From NCBI GenBank assembly GCA_044345405.1, contig JBIJBE010000029.1:1-44101 (forward strand): 44,101 nucleotides of DNA. Direction: 5' to 3'. This DNA is from Bdellovibrionota bacterium (GTDB taxonomy: Bacteria; Bdellovibrionota_C; UBA2361; OMII01). Numbering within the stretch: position 1 is the stretch's first letter; every line of letters begins with the position of its first letter. Positions 37,791 through 44,101 of this stretch are shown here, in pieces. The position numbers and the translations under genes are program-made. The notes beneath the pieces are model-generated. The model was not told the DNA's origin. It searched no databases and saw nothing but the letters and a program-made list of their open reading frames with translations.

Positions 37791-39626
37791 CTACGGAACA
37801 GGCCTCCCATGTACGGATGGTGTCCGCACGGGATTAACGCCTTTTAGCGGCACGGCCCTCGGTGCGCCAAGAAGCTCCTCTTCGGTGGGCATTCGCGAGC
37901 CACTCCTGAGCGCCATCACAAAAGCGGCGATCCGACGGGCGTTAGAGAGCGAACACTCCACTCGCGCTCGCTCAGCGGCGATGGAACCGATGGGATCTCG
38001 GCCGTTTCGCAGAAGTCCCCGCATTAGGTCACTTAGTTGCTCAACCGAAGCCGACCCGAAATAGAGAGTGCCTTTGCCATCCCGGTGTAGCGGAGACCAA
38101 CGGGCTCGCGCGATCGGACATCCGGAGGAGAGCGCGAGGTGAGCCCAATCGGTCTCATTCCCTCCGAGCTCAGGCAACAGGAAGGCCTCCGCCGCGGCCA
38201 ACGTAAGGAGCGTTCTCTCGCTATCCTCCGAGAGATGGTGCACCGGGATTCCCTCAAAAAGGGCCCGGACCTCTGGCTCGATAGCTCCCGCCCCTCCTAT
38301 GAACACTACGCCGAGCCCACCAAGCTGCCGAAGGGCTTCGGCCACGACCCTTAGGTTCGTCGTTCGCTCCGCGTTTACACGCTCGCCCGCCATAACCACA
38401 TACCGTTCGCGATGGCCGAGCCGGGCTCGCGCGAAGGCCCGCTCGGGGGCTGGCATACAACCGAAGATCGAGTCAGCGCCATACCAAAGTGGGCAGCTAA
38501 AAAAGCGACTTCGTCCGATGTGTTGATACCGCTCTTCCAGGGCGAGCCGAATATCGTCACCAGCGCAAAGAACCAGGTCGGCTAATTCAAAGGAGAGGCC
38601 CCCTTGGAATACCCGGAATTCGAGATTGCCTCCCAGCACCTCAGGTGTCGCTGTTGTCGCGAGCACAACGCTGGGAGTCCCAAGCGCCGTTGTCAGTCCT
38701 GTGGATACAAATACGGATGCTCCAAGTCTTCGAGCGATGGTGCCGTTTATCTCCCGCGCCGAGGTCAAAAGGAATGAATTAAAGGGAGGCGCATCGCTCT
38801 GAGTCATCCCAATCTCATCTCTCTCTAGCGCGCCACGATTGAGAAGGATGAAATCATCTCGCTGTTCGCCTTGGTGCCACTCGGTTAAAATATCTCGCCA
38901 CAACACCGTTGAAGAGCCACTTGCGAATGCGACACCATCGATGACTATCGGTCCATCAGTGGGTCGAACGCTCTTGCGATCCGGGGACCGTCCAGAAAGA
39001 ACTGGGAACGCCATCTCACAATCTTCTGCGTACCGATCAACCATGGGGTTATAGTTACGCTTCTGGGTGGCGTGAAGGTGATAGCATTTCCAATCAAGCG
39101 AGACGTTTTCAACCCCGAATCCTGAGCGAATCATGCGTCCCAAGAACAGGCTTTCGCATCCCAGTTTGCCTAAGTGTATATCGAGGTCAAACGCGGAAAT
39201 TGGCGCGTACATTGCCCACGCGTCACTGGACTGCTGATTGATCGTCCATTCGCTTTTCTCCTCGGGTTGAACCTCTCGACGTGTGGACACAAAGAGTGAG
39301 GTTCGATCAGGAAGGTTTCTGACATGCCATATCGTCTCATCGAAGTAGATGTCGGTGTTACAAAAGACGACTATCTCTTCAGCGCAGTATTCGTTTGCGA
39401 CACGAATAAGGTCGGCGTACGTCTGTCTCCCCTTGGAGACGGGAATCGGGATGACTTTGGGATTGCGGAGCAGGGTTTCATCCTCCGCCCCCTCCTCGAC
39501 AAGAGCGAAGATTCGCCCTATCTCGGGATTCTGAACATTCCGATGAAGCGCCTCGCGCAGCTCAAGTTGCCGGTAGAAATCGGAATCCTTATAGAAAGGG
39601 GTGATGACGTTTATTCGGGTGGTCAT
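37791..39626 (-). CDS. Glycosyltransferase fusion: GT-A-like N-domain plus degenerate GT4 (GT-B)-like C-domain
   Basis: N-part RQLEL...NTDIYFD...SSDAW...LGKLGCE...HLH; C-part IVIDGV...VFVST..TT..TPSV...PE...AAEAFLLP...SGCPI. Confidence 0.65.
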   Translation of the reverse strand: MTTRINVITPFYKDSDFYRQLELREALHRNVQNPEIGRIFALVEEGAEDETLLRNPKVIPIPVSKGRQTYADLIRVANEYCAEEIVVFCNTDIYFDETIWHVRNLPDRTSLFVSTRREVQPEEKSEWTINQQSSDAWAMYAPISAFDLDIHLGKLGCESLFLGRMIRSGFGVENVSLDWKCYHLHATQKRNYNPMVDRYAEDCEMAFPVLSGRSPDRKSVRPTDGPIVIDGVAFASGSSTVLWRDILTEWHQGEQRDDFILLNRGALERDEIGMTQSDAPPFNSFLLTSAREINGTIARRLGASVFVSTGLTTALGTPSVVLATTATPEVLGGNLEFRVFQGGLSFELADLVLCAGDDIRLALEERYQHIGRSRFFSCPLWYGADSIFGCMPAPERAFARARLGHRERYVVMAGERVNAERTTNLRVVAEALRQLGGLGVVFIGGAGAIEPEVRALFEGIPVHHLSEDSERTLLTLAAAEAFLLPELGGNETDWAHLALSSGCPIARARWSPLHRDGKGTLYFGSASVEQLSDLMRGLLRNGRDPIGSIAAERARVECSLSNARRIAAFVMALRSGSRMPTEEELLGAPRAVPLKGVNPVRTPSVHGRPVP

Positions 39627-39844
39627 TAACCTTCCTGAGCCCTTGATTTGTTCGAATGAGGTCCGGTGGTGCGTAGGGTAACGGTCGTTACAACTCGGTC
39701 CTTTCTTGAGTGAAAATTACAGTCAAAAAACGACCGAAAATCACCATTTTGATAAAGTACTTACACCACCCAAGCTGCCCGACCGAATGCGGCCCCCTTT
39801 CTTCTTGAATGCCGCCCTGTTTGAGGTACTCTCCCCCCCCGACT

Positions 39845-41698
39845 ATGACGAGACGCTCCGCTACCAAAGCCACTACTACATCGACGCCCGCTACGCTCCT
39901 AGAAGCGCACCTGCCAGCCGTGGAACAGCACGCCGCCCTGCCCCTTATTGTGCGCGCCGCGTTCGCGCCCCCCCTCTCAGAGATGCGACATCATCTATCA
40001 GTCACCGAACAACACTTCATGCGAACGTTTTATGGGCCCACCGTGCCCGACCTCTCAGACCCTCGCAGGACTCAGTTTCAACACCGCGCTAACGCGACCT
40101 CGCAACTTTTCGAGGCTCTCAAAGAGAGAGGGTATTCTCGAAGCGATATACGGCTTGCGCTCGAACAGAGCCGATACGCTCCCTTTCTATCTGAGGTACA
40201 AAGATGGATTCGATCGGGAGCTGATACACAACTCGCGTCTACCCCGAAGCCGATTCTATTCGATGTGCGACATCGGGCATTCGCGAAGGAGGCGTTCCAA
40301 CTGCTCGCCCATGAGCTAAGAATTCCACATCACCTCTTCGAACACGGAAAGATAGAGCCAATATTTCTGCCGAGAGCGGGCTTCGCGATGAGAGTTCACG
40401 CGGAAGGGAAGCCATTGACCTTCCTTACCGCGCTCTCAAACGGCACCTTATTCGCCCCAGCGTCTCACGATGCCCAGGAGCTTGCTCGTGGGCTTGCCTC
40501 CCCAAATAGACAGCTGGTCAATATTCTTGAGCTGCAAGCTCCAGCACATCTTGAAAAAGCGGTCTCACCACGCCCCGTATCTGAGGCCGGCTCCAAGCGA
40601 ATCGCCCTCTTTTTGAGAAACGAAGAGTCAACTCCGTCTAGCTATGTCTATCTCCCGCCCTCGATTCATGAGACTCACCTTATTCCCCAGGTGGATTGGG
40701 AAGCCCTCCGCAAGGGAGAGAGACGAATCTCGCTGTTCAGCGCTGACAAGAAGAAACTGATTGCGACGGTGACGGTTCCAACGGGGCCGCATCCTGTCCC
40801 GAGCATCTCTTTTACGAAGGAGGTCGGCGAGTCTCCGTTCAAAAGGTTTAAGCCTCTTGGCGCCTTCCTTGCTGGGAAAAACTCCGTGCGCCCAGAAGCG
40901 GTTGAGATCGAGCTCTACCGTACGCGAAAGACCGCGGGGTACACGCAACAACGGATACTGCTCGGCAAGCAGATGTCGGTACCCGCATGGTATCCGCTCT
41001 CCACGATCCGAGTACAACCTGGAATAGGCCCAGATGGGACACGATTTCTTGGTCTCTATCCTCCAGGGGTCTCCCCGACGACAAATCCTCCCCTGCGGGC
41101 CTTTACCCTTGAGAAATCGCGAGTGCATTTAAAGCCGATCCAGGTGGAGGCCGTTTGGCCTGGGCTCAAGGACCGAGCCGATCAGCTTCGCGCGTTGATC
41201 AAGAACGTGGCAACCGGGAACGCGAATATCTCAAGGGAGGCGTGGCTCTCTTTGCACGAGGTCGCCCAAGCGGAGCCTGTACTCGTCAGCGCACTCCTCA
41301 TCGGCCAGGAGAGCCCATTCTCTATTCACGATGAAAAAGCGCTGCAAGACATCCCCGGATGGGAGGTCCTTAAAGGGAGCATCGAGGGATATCTCCTACA
41401 TCAACAGGCCCGATCAGTCCCCTACGTTGCGCACCTCGTGGCCCAAGCGCATGGCATAACAACGGCGGACAGCATCGCGGCGGTCTCTCTCTTGTCGGAT
41501 GTTTCGTACGGCAAGGCTAAAGATCCCTTGACGCAACTGACACGGTTGGCCACTGTAGCTCCTGATGCCTTGGAGGAGTCCATCAAGTACCTCCAGAAGA
41601 GTCATGTGGCCGCGGTGAGGAACCTCGTGGGTACAGGCAACGCCAATCAACTTCTCCTGCGGCTGGCGCGCTCTCAGAGAGATCGAGCGTGGGTATAG
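39845..41698 (+). CDS. Large hypothetical protein
   Basis: ~617-aa uninterrupted ORF (track start 39809); no motif recognised. Confidence 0.7.
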   Translation: MTRRSATKATTTSTPATLLEAHLPAVEQHAALPLIVRAAFAPPLSEMRHHLSVTEQHFMRTFYGPTVPDLSDPRRTQFQHRANATSQLFEALKERGYSRSDIRLALEQSRYAPFLSEVQRWIRSGADTQLASTPKPILFDVRHRAFAKEAFQLLAHELRIPHHLFEHGKIEPIFLPRAGFAMRVHAEGKPLTFLTALSNGTLFAPASHDAQELARGLASPNRQLVNILELQAPAHLEKAVSPRPVSEAGSKRIALFLRNEESTPSSYVYLPPSIHETHLIPQVDWEALRKGERRISLFSADKKKLIATVTVPTGPHPVPSISFTKEVGESPFKRFKPLGAFLAGKNSVRPEAVEIELYRTRKTAGYTQQRILLGKQMSVPAWYPLSTIRVQPGIGPDGTRFLGLYPPGVSPTTNPPLRAFTLEKSRVHLKPIQVEAVWPGLKDRADQLRALIKNVATGNANISREAWLSLHEVAQAEPVLVSALLIGQESPFSIHDEKALQDIPGWEVLKGSIEGYLLHQQARSVPYVAHLVAQAHGITTADSIAAVSLLSDVSYGKAKDPLTQLTRLATVAPDALEESIKYLQKSHVAAVRNLVGTGNANQLLLRLARSQRDRAWV

Positions 41699-41773
41699 TG
41701 GCGATAAGCGGCAAAGCGCTCTACCGTCCGTTTTTCCCTTGTTACTGAAGGGACTCCCTCGTACTGTTTTGGC

Positions 41774-42487
41774 ATGTCAGAAGACACTAAAAGGGTCGCG
41801 AACTACATCCCTACGTTCTTTGAGACGGAGGACCCTCAACGGGCTCGCGAACTCATTCTTACCAAGAACCACTTGATGAGCTCCGAGGAACGGTGGGAGA
41901 AAGAGACCCCGTACCTCTGCGATAAGCTTACGACGGCACTCGCCCCCACAGCGGAATCTGTGCTCCTGGACTTTGGATGCGGCATCGGACGCCTCGCGAA
42001 GGCGCTTATTGAGCGACACTCCTGTCGGATTATCGGGGTGGATATCAGCGCCTCGATGAGACGGATGGCGGAGGAGTATGTAGCATCCGAACGGTTTCGA
42101 GTTATTGCGCCCGAGACGCTAGACCACGAATGTAACCCCGTACCAGTCCAGCCAGTCCATCAATACCCGGAATGTAACCCCGTACCATATGCCGTACCAT
42201 GTGCCGACCACGCCTACGCGGTGTGGGTACTCCAACATACGGCCCACCCTCACGACGAAATTCGCCGAATACACCGCGCCCTCAAACCCGGCGGCAAGCT
42301 CTACCTCGTGAACGCCCCCGGTCGATGCGTCCCCTGCGACCTCGGTTGGGTAAACGACGGTATCGATATCTACTCCACGGTCACCGAACTCGGATTCCGT
42401 CAAATTGACCGAGAAAAGATGTCCCTCTACCCCGACGACAACGATCCCAGTCGCATGCACTGGTGCGTAACCTACGAACGGGTCTGA
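41774..42487 (+). CDS. Class I SAM-dependent methyltransferase carrying an in-frame repeat-derived insertion
   Basis: LLDFGCGIGR, GVDIS, WVLQH, LKPGG; insert ECNPVPVQPVHQYPECNPVPYAVP. Confidence 0.88.
   Translation: MSEDTKRVANYIPTFFETEDPQRARELILTKNHLMSSEERWEKETPYLCDKLTTALAPTAESVLLDFGCGIGRLAKALIERHSCRIIGVDISASMRRMAEEYVASERFRVIAPETLDHECNPVPVQPVHQYPECNPVPYAVPCADHAYAVWVLQHTAHPHDEIRRIHRALKPGGKLYLVNAPGRCVPCDLGWVNDGIDIYSTVTELGFRQIDREKMSLYPDDNDPSRMHWCVTYERV
42128..42200 (+). repeat. Two intragenic copies of GAATGTAACCCCGTACCA plus partial stutter (REP-like)
   Basis: Identical 18-mers at 42128-42145 and 42170-42187 (42-nt period); partial CCGTACCA at 42192; core is the reverse complement of the downstream motif. 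Confidence 0.85.
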
Positions 42488-42614
42488 ATTGGTGTCTGAA
42501 TTGGTACGGGGTTACTTTTCTTTTGGTGTCTGAATTGGTACGGGGTTACTTTTCTTTTGGTTGATTTGGTGTTGGTTGATTTGGTGTGGTTGATTTGGTG
42601 CGGGGCTACTTTTC
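42482..42614 (+). repeat. REP-like repeat array upstream of the RAYT gene
   Basis: 34-bp exact tandem duplication (42489-42522, 42523-42556); TGGTACGGGGTTACTTTT at 42502 and 42536; variant TGGTGCGGGGCTACTTTT at 42596; three TGGTTGATTTGGTG stutters. Confidence 0.85.
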
Positions 42615-42672
42615 ACGCAACTTTTAATAAACGCCGCCGATAGTATGCGCGTCTATCTTGGATGCAAACACT

Positions 42673-43668
42673 ATGTCTCGCCCGCCACGTATTCTGTTAC
42701 CCCACACCTGCGCTCTCCTTACCTCTAGAGTGCAGGAGGGGCTCCCATTCGTCTGCACACCCCTCATGGAGCGAATCATCTGGAGCGCCCTAGCAGCGGC
42801 ATTCAACCTCCATCCGATCAAAATCATCTCTTTTGTTGTTATGGGGAATCATGTTCACATCCTGGTCCTCATTGAGGATCCCAGGGATGTCAAGAGCTTT
42901 ATGGAGCGTTTCAAATGCGAAACAGCTCATGCGGTCAACAAGCTATTAGGAAGGCGTCAGGTGACCGTGTGGTGCGAAGGCTACGACTCGCCAGCTATTC
43001 TCACAGTAGACGATCTTATTGAGAAACTCGCATATGTGTATGCGAACCCAGTCCGCGCCCACCGGACCGACTCGATCGACAACTATCAAGGGGTTTCAAG
43101 TTGGCAGATGTTTACGTCAGGACAAATTACAAAAGAGGTTAAACGAATTCGAAGGCCTCTCATAAACCCCTTACCCCATCGCTCTCTGTCACTCAGTCAA
43201 CATAAACAACTAGCTGACACAGTAGAACAGGCAACAAGCGAAACACTTTCATTCTCTGTTTCTCCGGATGCTTGGGTAAAGGCATTTCCAAATCATCTAA
43301 AACCGGAGGAACTCAAGCAAAGGGTTTTAAACCGAATCAGGGAAATAGAGGCTGAATTCAATCTCATACGAAAAGCGAAAGGCATCCGACTTCCTAGCCC
43401 TCAGGAGATTATTAACCAACCAATCGATTTCCCGTACTCACCAACTACCTTCGGTCGCCGGATGTGGTGCATCTGCCGGGATATCGCGGTGCGACTCTCG
43501 TTCATAGCATTTATAAAGTCGCTCAAAGCTCAAGCATTAGAGGTTCGAAAAAAGTGGGCAGGTGGTTACCAACACGAACCTTTTCCGCCCGGGCTATTTC
43601 CTCCCTGCCAACCTCTACTAGCAAATTTACTTCCCGCATTTGTTCGTAGTGCTTTACAAGCCGAATAA
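42673..43668 (+). mobile_element. REP-associated tyrosine transposase (RAYT; Y1 HUH, IS200/IS605 superfamily) with C-terminal extension
   Basis: MSRPPR N-terminus, TSR, MGNHVHIL (HUH), VW..GYDS, YVYANPVRA (catalytic Tyr), SSW; tail ending FPPG. Confidence 0.85.
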
Positions 43669-43795
43669 CATAAGTAGGGTAAAAGAGTCTGCGATTTACT
43701 TTTTGTGATGGGCGCGACTGAATGAACATACGAGTTTCCTTCTGAACTCTTCTCTCCTAAGGAAGCCATGGACCTCCGGTATACTCCCCGGATCT

Positions 43796-44101
43796 ATGCC
43801 CAAGCTATTTCTTCTGTTATTCGGCCCCAACCTTAATCGTATCGAGCGACGAAACAAATCGCTGTATGGCTCACTAACACTTCGACAGATTCACGAAGAA
43901 CTGCAAGAACGTTTTGCCTCGTCGGATGTTGTTCTGGACCTTCGCTATTCAAACTGCGAAGGGCAGCTCATCGATATTCTTCAGGAGTACTCCGATAAAG
44001 CAGCTGGAATTCTTTTCAATCCTTGAGCCTTAACCCATTACAGCTACGCGCTTCGTGATGCCATAACCGACGTTGAATGTCCTGTGCTTGAGGTTCATTT
44101 C
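43796..44101 (+). pseudogene. aroQ: Type II 3-dehydroquinate dehydratase, interrupted by an in-frame TGA and truncated by the window edge
   Basis: GPNLN, YG..TL, SNCEG.LID, then NP*ALTHYSYALRDAI...PVLEVH continues in frame past TGA 44024-44026. Confidence 0.8.

Noticed and set aside
42482-42614. Repeat array as a CRISPR array
   Set aside because: No unique spacers of regular length, units are tandem stutters, and no cas genes are present
1-44101. Genome-wide TGA recoding (code 4 or 25)
   Set aside because: Several complete genes end at TGA at their expected C-termini, including an ATGA stop/start overlap at 16979-16982

Overview
Bacterial chromosomal window, moderately GC-rich, using the standard bacterial code (TGA is a genuine stop in several genes). 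By inference only, it resembles a Bdellovibrionota/deltaproteobacteria-like lineage. Housekeeping and accessory metabolism genes include a truncated TolB-like propeller, uridine phosphorylase, IMPase, GDPD, multicopper oxidase plus SCO, argD, fabV, an arylsulfatase/barrel/FGE/YSC84 cluster, a purple acid phosphatase, and metX under a SAM-I riboswitch. These are interleaved with many orphan ORFs: a TIGR02996-like protein, a stand-alone GHKL-like protein, a RAP-like-domain protein, a partnerless HerA ATPase and a GT-A/degenerate GT4 fusion. The most striking element is at the right end, where a RAYT-type HUH tyrosine transposase has a stuttering array of a 14-nt motif (TGGTACGGGGTTAC) upstream. 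Two inverted copies of the same motif sit in-frame inside the neighbouring methyltransferase and are translated (ECNPVP x2), so inverted motifs bracket the 3' part of that gene. The next gene, aroQ, has an in-frame TGA at a conserved Gly/Ala position. All family calls are from motif recognition by eye, not database searches.
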